Positions 39,101 to 47,483 of a DNA stretch of 64,000 nt are shown here, in pieces. Source of the stretch: an uncultured Muribaculaceae bacterium (GTDB lineage Bacteria; Bacteroidota; Bacteroidia; Bacteroidales; UBA932); NCBI GenBank assembly GCA_964645495.1, contig CAZYCJ010000001.1, forward strand, positions 13,369 through 77,368. The letters run 5' to 3'. The notes beneath the pieces were generated by a model. It ran no database searches. It worked only from the letters and a program-made list of their open reading frames with translations, and was not told the DNA's origin. The position numbers and the translations under genes are program-made. Every line of letters starts with the position of its first letter. The stretch's first letter is position 1.

Positions 39101-39178
39101 GCAGACATCCAGCTTGATGTTGACGCAACTGTTTCAGATACAGTTTACCCTGTTACTCCTAATGGCGTAGCCATGTAA
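36113..39178 (+). CDS. Large surface lipoprotein with N-terminal coiled coil (DUF4988-like) and FN3-like repeats
   Basis: Lipobox VVS-C then YDDAALWEEVENLDDRLTEVE heptads; YSFDGGKTW; repeats such as TDPATTQHFVAFFVDDSGKYG. Confidence 0.78.
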   Translation: MKRQIMKSIYAFCTGVMTLVAASSLVVSCYDDAALWEEVENLDDRLTEVEKIKDQLAALTARVDALYTLEFQVSDSNELQYSFDGGKTWVSTGVVLEECTCEIPDPCTCKEVSLVDNGDSVTITVGDQSFTIEKPEEIVFEIRAGKVYFASEATQKVTIKSSGIEDITVMSYPKGWYAEIASDGMLEVTAPNYEDTEYTYDEDWNMIPAKCAASGYVKVHACSAEGKCMVGKLSVTVTNRPVEVKAYAGKAYFTATSNNSYAPEFYYGMSPRDSFEAEVAGLLSDLNSKGWSDYATNDSKFEVVADVAELLGAEPEAGVEYVAWALVSDWSIETYTMDSFVVAYYSVINVTAVEDESQKTAYNVTATVTVDGTDKYLACALPANYLNYEGALEDYKMNILMSLDPDSWSGPMGKYYTESYTGSVLDIAEGTTASMSGNYAPNLDIYLLIIPMDGRSWDEYTVEDIYEFKFTTAPLTAGGSVNATAEQVSTYMAQVYDYEIWDYVMVEKQVDKCSQVAVKIEPSATNWVAFYYLWLDDEEWNLYGGDDELLVNRLLQEWGMTPSDVDFPYYDCLDTDPATTQHFVAFFVDDSGKYGQLAKISATTEELVYSEILFTEPYETNLTDGVLKNTTEFMFKPVVEGGTAASYKYIWWETYYYNPYEEQDDAAMALTIHFDRDKRAKVVSADELVDGYMYVPNCEYGNSYMVAVLPYDENGAPGKSAAIFNFQSVFSIDGVITEGAAFEATKPTITLVLPEDSEFYPDYGYGDGAYYGYAYQSYYDKYQFYYEVAYTIVPAEATEVCVAYVDGLSYDMTEPAAAKAAKLWCLGYGSWRTMTTTEPYESGFFYSNNYHDQAAPNLYVAASWKDAEGNYYYTEVPFQDKMQYYHDKMYAMIYGEQSEVELTVEGKQWLFDWEAMGVSAMLDFGVSAEAYFYLAYDATDFGMEGYLEYVGSEYSVAATDATSGVITLVTYNMYGEEQTMEITYTDLTETTCHFTCADIQLDVDATVSDTVYPVTPNGVAM

Positions 39179-39244
39179 TTTTAATCAGGTATTGTATATG
39201 CTGTAAGAATTCCTTACGGATAATGTAAATGCCGGATAACAATC

Positions 39245-39283
39245 GCGGTGCGACACCTCTTGGTGCCGCACCGCTTTCTCTTT
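39245..39283 (+). terminator. Intrinsic terminator ending the 28.6-39.2 kb operon
   Basis: GCGGTGCGACACC-TCTT-GGTGCCGCACCGC stem (one mismatch) followed by TTTCTCTTT. Confidence 0.75.
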
Positions 39284-39326
39284 CTCTCCCGCATGAAACG
39301 CCATATTCTTCCGTTTCGCATCTCTC

Positions 39327-39444
39327 CGTCATGCCCGACCAGATCGGGCATCCGTCCTCCTGAGGTCATGAGCGATCCTCCCTGTCATCCTGAGCCTCCA
39401 TTTTTCTCCGTCATCCTGAGGCTCCGCAGGAGCCGTGAGGATCT
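39327..39444 (+). repeat. Tandem cluster of GTCAT-family repeats
   Basis: Full copies at 39327-39353 (CGTCATGCCCGACCAGATCGGGCATCC) and 39409-39444 (CGTCATCCTGAGGCTCCGCAGGAGCCGTGAGGATCT); partial heads at 39353 and 39383. Confidence 0.85.
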
Positions 39445-39468
39445 TTCCGCTCCCTCTTTTTGCAGCGG

Positions 39469-39503
39469 AATTTGTTTGATATTTGCAAAATATCAAACAA
39501 ATT
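39469..39503. repeat. Perfect 16-bp AT-rich inverted repeat
   Basis: AATTTGTTTGATATTT-GCA-AAATATCAAACAAATT. Confidence 0.9.
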
Positions 39504-39625
39504 TTCAGTATCAAATCGCCTCTGAAAGTGTGTCAGGGCGCGATTTTCTGATTTATCCGTATACTTTTTCTTTACACGGATAATCCTTCTGAACTTTGCC
39601 TTCGTAAACATAAACACTTTTGACT

Positions 39626-40478
39626 ATGAAGGAATATTACGAAGAAATTCAGGGAAACGGACAGGATGTGCTGACCGGTTATGCAAGCCTGACGAACGAC
39701 TACATGTTCAAGAGGGTGTTCGGGAGCGAAGAGTGCAAGGATATACTCATCCAGTTCCTTAACGACATCGTTGCGGGACCTACGATAGTTGACGTGAAGA
39801 TACAGAACGCAGGAGTACTTCCGAGACCGTTCTCTGTTCTATACGAGTTATCCGATCATCCGTCAGGCTGCGCGGGCGAAGAAGAGTTACCAGGACGAGC
39901 ATGGCAACACGGTGGGGTTCCGCTGGGACTTCAATCTCAAGCCCGTGACCTTTGTCGGCATCACCGACTTTGCCATCTCGCATGGTGCGGAATGGCCTCA
40001 AGGCAGGTACAGGTCGCAATATCTGATTCGTGAGAAGGACACAGGGGAACTCTTCGGTGACAAACTCCAGTTTATTTTTCTGGAACTGGCCAGGTTTGAC
40101 AGGAGTGAGGAGGAACTGGAAAATGTGACAGACAAGTGGATGTACCTGTTCCGTAACCTTCCGAAACTGAAGTCCCGTCCTGCCGCTTTTGATGAAAAAA
40201 CATTTGAAAGATTGTTTGATGTTGCAGAATTTTCTAACTTTACCGCAGAACAGTTTGAGTCATATAAACGCGCAGAGAAGATGAAGTACGACTATCAGAA
40301 CACCATAGACTACGCTGAGAAGAAAGGCTGGCTTCGGGGCAAGGAGGAAGGACGAGAGGAAGGGAGTCAGGCTAAGGCGTTGGAGATAGCCAGGAACCTT
40401 AAGGCTAAGGGTATGCCGCCTGTCGAAATTGCTTCACTTGTAGGTCTGACAGAGAAACAGGTGGCGGCTTTGGAATAA
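39626..40478 (+). pseudogene. Rpn family PD-(D/E)XK nuclease / putative transposase, disrupted by an internal deletion with frameshift at ~39809
   Basis: N-terminal LTNDYMFKRVFG...LIQFLN in one frame; QEYFRDRSLFY...FIFLEL..F...KWMYLF...GKEEGREEG...IARNLK in the next frame; the catalytic D...EMQ segment is absent. Confidence 0.85.
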
Positions 40479-40612
40479 GTAATTCCTGGTCGTACCCCCG
40501 CATCATAGCATGGCGGCCAATTTGAATCTGAAAATCATCGCGGGACGGCACATGTGTGTCGTTCGATAGGTATTCAACTGATCATAAGAATCATCAGGCA
40601 TCACTCCATGAT

Positions 40613-40653
40613 TTTGATGTGTTTGGATATATGCGTATATTTGCGTACATTTG
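40613..40653 (+). promoter_or_regulatory. Two overlapping consensus promoters upstream of susC
   Basis: TTTG(40613)-N19-TATATTTG(40636) and TTTG(40622)-N20-TACATTTG(40646). Confidence 0.65.
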
Positions 40654-40672
40654 TTTCTTCTTTTCCCTTGTT

Positions 40673-43600
40673 ATGAAGACTTTTTATTGCACTATACTTC
40701 TGGCCTTTCTTTCGTTGTGGACGCTTTCTGCGCAGAGTGATGTCGCAGTGTTGAAAGGAAGGGTTGTTGATTCGGCTGACGGTGAGCCTATGATCGGAGT
40801 CGCTGTCATGGTCGAGGGAACGAAATATGGTACCGTGACGGATCTTGACGGTACTTATGAACTTAGCATCCCACGGCAGAAATGCGAGGTCACTTTCTCT
40901 TGTGTCGGATATGATGACGAGGTGAGGATATTCACCTTGAAGAATGCCGCCTCTTTCAGCCGTATAGTGATGGACATGAATGCCGAGCAGTTGGATGACG
41001 TAGTCGTGACCGGAGTCTATGAAAGAAAGAAGGAAAGTTTTACGGGAGCATCCGCAACTTTCAAGACCGATGAACTTAAGGCCGTCGGTTCATCCAGTGT
41101 CCTTCAGAGCCTCAAGACTCTGGACCCTTCATTCAAGATGATGGAGAACACACAGTTCGGCTCGAACCCTAACATGATGCCTGACATTGAGATCCGCGGA
41201 AAGACCAGTGTCGTGGGGTTGAAGGAGGAATATGGTACAGACCCAAATCAGCCTCTCTTCATTCTGGACGGTTTCGAAACCACCCTTGAGACCATCATGA
41301 ATCTGAACATGAACAGAGTTGCATCCGTGACTGTTCTCAAGGATGCCGCATCCACTGCCATCTACGGATCCAAGGCTTCAAACGGAGTGGTGGTGATAGA
41401 GACGAAGGCTCCTGCAAGAGGACGTCTGCAACTTTCATACAAGGGTGATTTCGGACTTTCAATCGCAGATCTGAGCGACTATAATCTGATGAATGCAAGA
41501 GAGAAACTTGAATTCGAGACCTTAGCCGGCGTCTATAAGGACAATATGGGCGACCCGTTCGCACAGATCCGTCTTGACAATCTGCGCAACGAGAGACTGA
41601 AGGAAATAGAAAGGGGAGTGGATACCTACTGGCTCAGTGAACCTATAAGGCCGGGTTTCACGCACAAGCATAACATCTATGCCGAAGGAGGTGAGGACAA
41701 GATCAGATATGGTATCGGTCTGAGTTATGGCAATGTGGCAGGAGTCATGAAGGATTCCGACAGACGCACTCTTGAAGGTAATGTCGATCTTATATACCGT
41801 ACCGGCAAGTTTCAGTTCAGCAACAAATTGTCGATAAACTGGCTGGATGTGACAAATCCTACGGTGTCTTTTGCTGAATATGCCTATGCGAATCCGTATT
41901 ACAGGAAATACAATGCCGACGGTAAGGTGGACAAATATCTTTATTATCCTGAAGAAGGAGTAGATGACTATCCCGTGGCCAATCCGTTGTGGAATGCCCA
42001 TCTGAATAACTGGGATACGGCCACTGGCTTCGGATTTACCAACAATTTCATTTTCGAGTGGTTTGTCACCGAGGCGCTTCGTCTGAGGGCTAAGTTCGGT
42101 CTCACCAAGCAGGATGACGACGAGCAGGTGCGCCTCTCTCCTCAGCATACTCAGTTTGATGATATGGGCGAGACGGAAAAGGGACTTTACACCCATACCC
42201 AGATCAAGGAACTGGTTTATGAGGGGGATTTTGCCGTGACTTTCGGTAAACTGTTCGCCAAGAAACATATGGTAAATGCTGTAGGTGGTTTCAATTTCAG
42301 CAATAATTCCAGACATATATACGGATACTCGGCAAACGGTTTCACGGACGATCAGTTCGATGCCCCGTCTTTCGCCAACGGATATCCGTCGGGAGATTCT
42401 CCTGATTATAGCGAGAGCCTGAAGCGTGCGGCAAGTTTCTACATCAATGGAGGTTATGTCTATGATGACAGGTACCTTCTCGACTTCAACTACCGTCTTG
42501 ACGGTGCCTCCATGTTCGGTACAGGCAACCGTTTCAGGAACACATGGTCCGTGGGTACAGGATGGAATATCCATAAGGAGCCGTTCATGAAGGACAGTGA
42601 TTTCTTCTCGATGCTTAAGATACGTGGTTCGGTAGGTAATCCGGGCAACCAGAATTTCTCAGCATATCAGGCTTTCTCGACATATAAGTTCAACGGCTGG
42701 ATGACAAATGTCTTCGGAACAGGAGTCATCCTGAATGCCTTGGGAAACACTGACCTCGCTTGGCAGGAGACGGTGAACTATGATGTCGGTGCCGACCTCA
42801 CATTCTGGGGTGATAGAGTCAACATGACCCTTGACTATTATTGGAAACATACCGATCCTCTTCTCGCGGTGATCACTACTCCGGGTTCCATGGGTGTGAC
42901 CAGTGTGGCGATGAATGCCGGAAGTCAGAAGACTCAGGGATGGGAGGCGACATTCAGGATATCTCCGATATACAGACCGGCAGAAGGAATAAACTGGAAC
43001 ATCAGCCTGAATGCTACAAGTTCAAGGTCGGTATATGCTGACATAGGAGATTCGTTCAGTGCACTGAATGAGAGCGGTAAGTCGTCTCTTGTCGGAACGA
43101 CCCGTTATTATGACGGAGGCAGTCCTACAGCCATATGGGCAGTCCGTTCTGCCGGCATCGACCCTGCTACCGGAAAGGAACTTTTCGTAAAGAAGGACGG
43201 AACCTATTCGTTCACCTATGATGTAAATGACGAGGTCGTGGTGGGAGATACCCAGCCGAAGGTAGAGGGACTGATCGGTACCATGTTCTATTTCAAAGGA
43301 CTCTCTTTAGGGTGCTACTTCCGTTACAGATGGGGAGGACAGGTGTTCAATTCGTCTTTGTTCCAGAAGGTCGAGAACATCGGTACACAGGACGTATACA
43401 ACAATCAGGACAAGCGTGCCCTCTATGACAGATGGTCTGAGAATAACAGAGAGGCATATTTCAAGGGAATATCCCTTGTCCAGAGGACAGAGAAGTCTTC
43501 GCGTTTCGTGATGGATGACAATTCGATTGTCGGCGAATCATTCAACATAGGATATGAGTTCCCTGACAGAGTCGCCCGGAGGATGCGTCTTGGCGCTATG

Positions 43601-43714
43601 AATGTGCAGCTCACGATGACTGATGTCTTCAGGGCGACTTCCGTCAGGGTCGAGCGAGGCATAGACTATCCTTTTGCAAGGACTGTCACCATGTCTGTCG
43701 GTATTACATTTTAA
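40673..43714 (+). CDS. susC: SusC/RagA family TonB-dependent transporter
   Basis: GTVTDLDG N-terminal domain, LDDVVVTG TonB box, LKDAASTAIYGSKASNGVVVIETK, terminal Phe; start moved to MKTFYC. Confidence 0.95.
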   Translation: MKTFYCTILLAFLSLWTLSAQSDVAVLKGRVVDSADGEPMIGVAVMVEGTKYGTVTDLDGTYELSIPRQKCEVTFSCVGYDDEVRIFTLKNAASFSRIVMDMNAEQLDDVVVTGVYERKKESFTGASATFKTDELKAVGSSSVLQSLKTLDPSFKMMENTQFGSNPNMMPDIEIRGKTSVVGLKEEYGTDPNQPLFILDGFETTLETIMNLNMNRVASVTVLKDAASTAIYGSKASNGVVVIETKAPARGRLQLSYKGDFGLSIADLSDYNLMNAREKLEFETLAGVYKDNMGDPFAQIRLDNLRNERLKEIERGVDTYWLSEPIRPGFTHKHNIYAEGGEDKIRYGIGLSYGNVAGVMKDSDRRTLEGNVDLIYRTGKFQFSNKLSINWLDVTNPTVSFAEYAYANPYYRKYNADGKVDKYLYYPEEGVDDYPVANPLWNAHLNNWDTATGFGFTNNFIFEWFVTEALRLRAKFGLTKQDDDEQVRLSPQHTQFDDMGETEKGLYTHTQIKELVYEGDFAVTFGKLFAKKHMVNAVGGFNFSNNSRHIYGYSANGFTDDQFDAPSFANGYPSGDSPDYSESLKRAASFYINGGYVYDDRYLLDFNYRLDGASMFGTGNRFRNTWSVGTGWNIHKEPFMKDSDFFSMLKIRGSVGNPGNQNFSAYQAFSTYKFNGWMTNVFGTGVILNALGNTDLAWQETVNYDVGADLTFWGDRVNMTLDYYWKHTDPLLAVITTPGSMGVTSVAMNAGSQKTQGWEATFRISPIYRPAEGINWNISLNATSSRSVYADIGDSFSALNESGKSSLVGTTRYYDGGSPTAIWAVRSAGIDPATGKELFVKKDGTYSFTYDVNDEVVVGDTQPKVEGLIGTMFYFKGLSLGCYFRYRWGGQVFNSSLFQKVENIGTQDVYNNQDKRALYDRWSENNREAYFKGISLVQRTEKSSRFVMDDNSIVGESFNIGYEFPDRVARRMRLGAMNVQLTMTDVFRATSVRVERGIDYPFARTVTMSVGITF

Positions 43715-43725
43715 TTGAGGGTGCT

Positions 43726-45174
43726 ATGAAGAAGATATTTACATTGTTTGCAATAATGTCTTTGATGACTGCGGTGTCCTGTGATGCTTGGCTCGATGTG
43801 AAGCCGTATGACAAGATGTCTGAGGGTGACCTGTTGTCAAGCGAAGATGGCTTCATCAAGTCCCTTAATGGAATATACATCGAACTTAACAGCGACATGC
43901 TTTATGGTGGGGCTCTGTCTGTGGAGATGATTGAGATAATGGGCGGTGCTTATGTGATAGGAACGGACAATTCGGTATGGGGTAATTATGCTGATCTTGC
44001 CGAGTATGAATACGGTACGGAATATTGGCGTGCAAGGATGAACGAGACATGGAACAAGGCTTATTCCCTCATACTCAACTGCAATCTGCTTCTGGAAAAC
44101 CTTGAGGAAACAGATGTGAAGTTCTCCGGAGACAACAAGAATGTGATAAAGGGAGAGGCTATGGCCCTGCGGGCTATGCTTCATTTCGACATGCTTCGCC
44201 TGTTCGGTCCGGTGTATTCGCGCAGTCCTCAGTCGCTGAGCATCCCTTATTACAAGAAATATACTTTGGTGCCGAATGCGCTGCTGCCTGCTTCCGAAGT
44301 GGCTGATGAAATCATGAACGATCTCATGGAGGCCAGGATTCTTCTTGCCAATGATCCGGTAAGGACATCAGGGACGATGACGACACCTCCTGCAGACGGA
44401 TCTTCCGTGTTCATGTATTACAGAAATCTGCGTCTGAATTATTATGCCGTGACCGCACTTATGGCCCGTTGTGCTCTTTATTTCGGTGATCGGGAGGCCG
44501 CTTATGGATATGCGACGGAGGTGATAGAGGCGTCGGATGCCGGCATCTTCCCGTTTGTTGACAGGAGCCTTGTGACCGGGTCACCGGATGATCCGGACCG
44601 GATCTTCTCTTCTGAGGTGATCTTTGCTCTGACCCACTCCCAGAGGAACACTCTCTTCAAGGACTATTTCGATCCAAGCCGCATCCCTAACTATGTGTTC
44701 AGGATGGACAATGACCTCATGAGCAATATAGTATTCGGCGGTGGGGCCGTGACCGGAGGAAACCAGGATGATTACAGGTATCGTGTGAACTGGGTCGCTA
44801 CCGGGGCGAATCGGTATTTCTACAAGTATTCGGATATGGTCGATACGGGTAACATATGCAATACCATGATTCCGATGATACGTCTGGGGGAAATGTATCT
44901 GATTGCCGCAGAAAGCCGTTCTGAAGATATCGGGGGCGGTCTGGCATATGTGAATATCCTTCGTTCCAACAGAGGTGTGACCAATCTCCAGTCTCTGACA
45001 AGAGAAACTCTCCAGTATGAATATATCAGAGAACTTTACGGTGAGGGACAACTATTCTTCATGTACAAGAGAATGTTTTCCCCAATAATGTTCTCATCCA
45101 ATGCAGGCAGGAATCCTCAGCCGGACGATGCTGTCTTTGTGGTTCCTTTGCCTGATACTGAAACCGACAATTAA
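43726..45174 (+). CDS. susD: SusD/RagB family lipoprotein
   Basis: SCDAWLDVKP, GEAMALRAMLHFDMLRLFG, IRLGEMYLIAAE, RELYGEGQ. Confidence 0.94.
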   Translation: MKKIFTLFAIMSLMTAVSCDAWLDVKPYDKMSEGDLLSSEDGFIKSLNGIYIELNSDMLYGGALSVEMIEIMGGAYVIGTDNSVWGNYADLAEYEYGTEYWRARMNETWNKAYSLILNCNLLLENLEETDVKFSGDNKNVIKGEAMALRAMLHFDMLRLFGPVYSRSPQSLSIPYYKKYTLVPNALLPASEVADEIMNDLMEARILLANDPVRTSGTMTTPPADGSSVFMYYRNLRLNYYAVTALMARCALYFGDREAAYGYATEVIEASDAGIFPFVDRSLVTGSPDDPDRIFSSEVIFALTHSQRNTLFKDYFDPSRIPNYVFRMDNDLMSNIVFGGGAVTGGNQDDYRYRVNWVATGANRYFYKYSDMVDTGNICNTMIPMIRLGEMYLIAAESRSEDIGGGLAYVNILRSNRGVTNLQSLTRETLQYEYIRELYGEGQLFFMYKRMFSPIMFSSNAGRNPQPDDAVFVVPLPDTETDN

Positions 45175-45178
45175 AGCC

Positions 45179-45925
45179 ATGAAGAATATCTGGATAATAC
45201 TGACAATTCTTCTCCTTGTTTCATGTGAGGAGCGCAACCCGGGCTATTTCAATGACATTACCGGTGTATATTTCAACAACACTTCCGGGTCGTTGTCTGT
45301 CACTGACAGTCTGGATCTGACCTTCGTATATCAGTCTGGCGATATCATGGAGGTGCCGGTCAGGATCCAACTTGTAGGAAGGACTTCGCTAGAGGACAGG
45401 GCTCTGTCTGTGACGGTGGCGTCGGACAATGCGGTGGAAGGGACAGATTATCTCCTTCCAGAGAATCCTGTTCTCCCCGCTGGAGCATCATATACGGATT
45501 ACATGATTACCTTGATGAGGACTGATGCCTTGAAGCGTGAGAGGAAGATGATCCGTCTTGATATTCATGAGAATGAATGTTTTGCACTGCCTGTCACTGA
45601 AATAGTGCAGTTGGATGATACTGTTTCGACGCTGGAACTAAGGATTTATTTCTCGGACATGTTCACAAAGGCGCCTGTTGCCTGGGATGAAAATCTGGTG
45701 GGAAAGTTTACCCAGCAGAAGTTTGAACTTATCTGCAAGGTGCTGGATATAGATCCTGCAGACTTCAATGATCCTGGAGTGATTACCTTGGCGAAACTTC
45801 TTTATATTTCCTCAGAAATGACGGCTTATGTCCAGAGTGAGGTGGAGAAGAGGACTGCCGGTGAGCCATATGATGAGGAAGCATTCGATGCAGAGACTGA
45901 TGAACCATTGACATTCCGAAGATGA
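45179..45925 (+). CDS. DUF4843-like lipoprotein
   Basis: Lipobox LVS-C; VYF, AVEGTDY, P..W....GKFTQQK pattern; position after susD. Confidence 0.75.
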   Translation: MKNIWIILTILLLVSCEERNPGYFNDITGVYFNNTSGSLSVTDSLDLTFVYQSGDIMEVPVRIQLVGRTSLEDRALSVTVASDNAVEGTDYLLPENPVLPAGASYTDYMITLMRTDALKRERKMIRLDIHENECFALPVTEIVQLDDTVSTLELRIYFSDMFTKAPVAWDENLVGKFTQQKFELICKVLDIDPADFNDPGVITLAKLLYISSEMTAYVQSEVEKRTAGEPYDEEAFDAETDEPLTFRR

Positions 45926-47472
45926 AAAAGACAATATATATGATGATGATGGTGCTGATTGCGGCATCATGCAGTCAGGATAAGGGCAACTATGATTATG
46001 TTGACCTGAATGAGCCACAGATCAGCGGCCTTCAGGATCAGAATGTCCTGACTTTTTCCAGACTGGTTATTGTCCCTGATCTGGGGAACGGGAATTTCAG
46101 CGGGGAAGAGTATTCGTTTGAATGGAAGGCTATAGACAGAAACTCCTTGTCTGATCCGACAGTGATCGGTACTGAACGGAATCTTGATTATGAGGTGACT
46201 CTGGCCCCGGGCTCCTATGCCCTGTATTTTACAGTCAAGGAACTTTCTACGGGGCTTTATTGGCAGGCTGAAGTCAATCTGACTGTGAGTTCGTCCATGT
46301 CGGAGGGATGGATGGTGCTTTGTTCTGATAATGGTATGGCCCGGCTGGACATGGTATCGTCAGTTACCGGAGAGACTATGAAGGATGTACTAAGGGCAAG
46401 CGGGATGCCTCAGATGGGAGGCCCTCGAAAGATCCAGTGGCTTTCGGACAAGACGGATGCTTCATCCCCGTTCTACCTTCTGACCGATGATGGAGCCACT
46501 CGTCTGGGAAAGGATGCGTTTGAATGGAAACCCGAATATGACTTTGCCTACGAGGTGGCCGTTACGGAGAAACTCACTCCTCATACGATAGTTTCCGCAG
46601 GTTTCGGCAAAGTGATAGTGAGCGGGACTGATGCGCATTATTGCGAGATAATGGGAATTGACGGGCTTTACGGCAGTGCTGTCAATAAAGGTTTTGATGT
46701 CGCGCCATATGTCGGTGCTAATGTCCTTGCTACTCAGGTATATGCTGCTGTGTATATGCTTTATGATATGGATGCTAAGCGTCTTGTCGCCTATTGCCCG
46801 CTGCTTGCTGCCAATGATCTCGGTGGGCTGGAGCCTTTGACCGGTATGGATGAGATGGGCCGTATTGCAGAAGGTATGGCTCCGGGAGCAGGTGTACTTG
46901 GTACTGCCTTTGATTCCTGGCCTGAGGGGCTGGATCTGGTCTATATGGAAAACACACGGTATGATCCGGGCAATGCGAAGATGGGCATCACATATGTGCT
47001 GCTTTCAGATGGCAGGTCGTGTCATCTGTATGGTGTTCAACTTGGTGACATGCTCCGTTATGCCGATTGTACCTATGTGCTTGGCAAAGGATATTATGGG
47101 GATTTGTCCCAGTGTCGGGATATACTTGATGACCAAGCCCTTTATGCATTCAGTTCACTGAAGAACTATATGTATTATGCTGTTGGCAGTACGGTCTACC
47201 GTGTCGACCTTTCTGAGTCTCCTGCATCGGCACAGGTGCAGTTCTCTCTACCTGGCGAAAGAATCACATGCCTGAAGTTCAATCTGTATCAGAAGACAGA
47301 GAACTTCCAGAAGAGTTACGACCTTGTGGTGGGTAGTGTGAAGAATGGGGCAGGACGACTCAGGGTATATGACGGTCGTGTGTCTGACGGAGATTTCAGT
47401 GAAGTGGAACCTGTTGTGTATGATGGTTTTGCTGAAATCAGAGATGCGACGTATAAGGAAAGGATTTATTAA
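45922..47472 (+). CDS. PKD-like family lipoprotein with probable C-terminal beta-propeller
   Basis: SCSQDKGNYDY, YSFEW, ERNLDY, EGWMVL; usual fourth gene of this SusC/D cassette type. Confidence 0.78.
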   Translation: MKKTIYMMMMVLIAASCSQDKGNYDYVDLNEPQISGLQDQNVLTFSRLVIVPDLGNGNFSGEEYSFEWKAIDRNSLSDPTVIGTERNLDYEVTLAPGSYALYFTVKELSTGLYWQAEVNLTVSSSMSEGWMVLCSDNGMARLDMVSSVTGETMKDVLRASGMPQMGGPRKIQWLSDKTDASSPFYLLTDDGATRLGKDAFEWKPEYDFAYEVAVTEKLTPHTIVSAGFGKVIVSGTDAHYCEIMGIDGLYGSAVNKGFDVAPYVGANVLATQVYAAVYMLYDMDAKRLVAYCPLLAANDLGGLEPLTGMDEMGRIAEGMAPGAGVLGTAFDSWPEGLDLVYMENTRYDPGNAKMGITYVLLSDGRSCHLYGVQLGDMLRYADCTYVLGKGYYGDLSQCRDILDDQALYAFSSLKNYMYYAVGSTVYRVDLSESPASAQVQFSLPGERITCLKFNLYQKTENFQKSYDLVVGSVKNGAGRLRVYDGRVSDGDFSEVEPVVYDGFAEIRDATYKERIY

Positions 47473-47483
47473 ACTTTTTTGAT

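Noticed and set aside
39289..39444. Possible CRISPR array
   Set aside because: Units differ in length and sequence, spacing is irregular, there are no cas genes, and the same units are dispersed elsewhere in the window.
39803..39820. Programmed frameshift in Rpn
   Set aside because: No slippery run at the junction, and the catalytic segment is missing altogether.
39780..40019. Minus-strand ORF suggesting an inversion within the Rpn gene
   Set aside because: The Rpn continuation is found on the plus strand in the next frame, so a deletion with frameshift explains the locus.
41522..42574. 350-aa antisense ORF
   Set aside because: Shadow of susC with no recognisable features.
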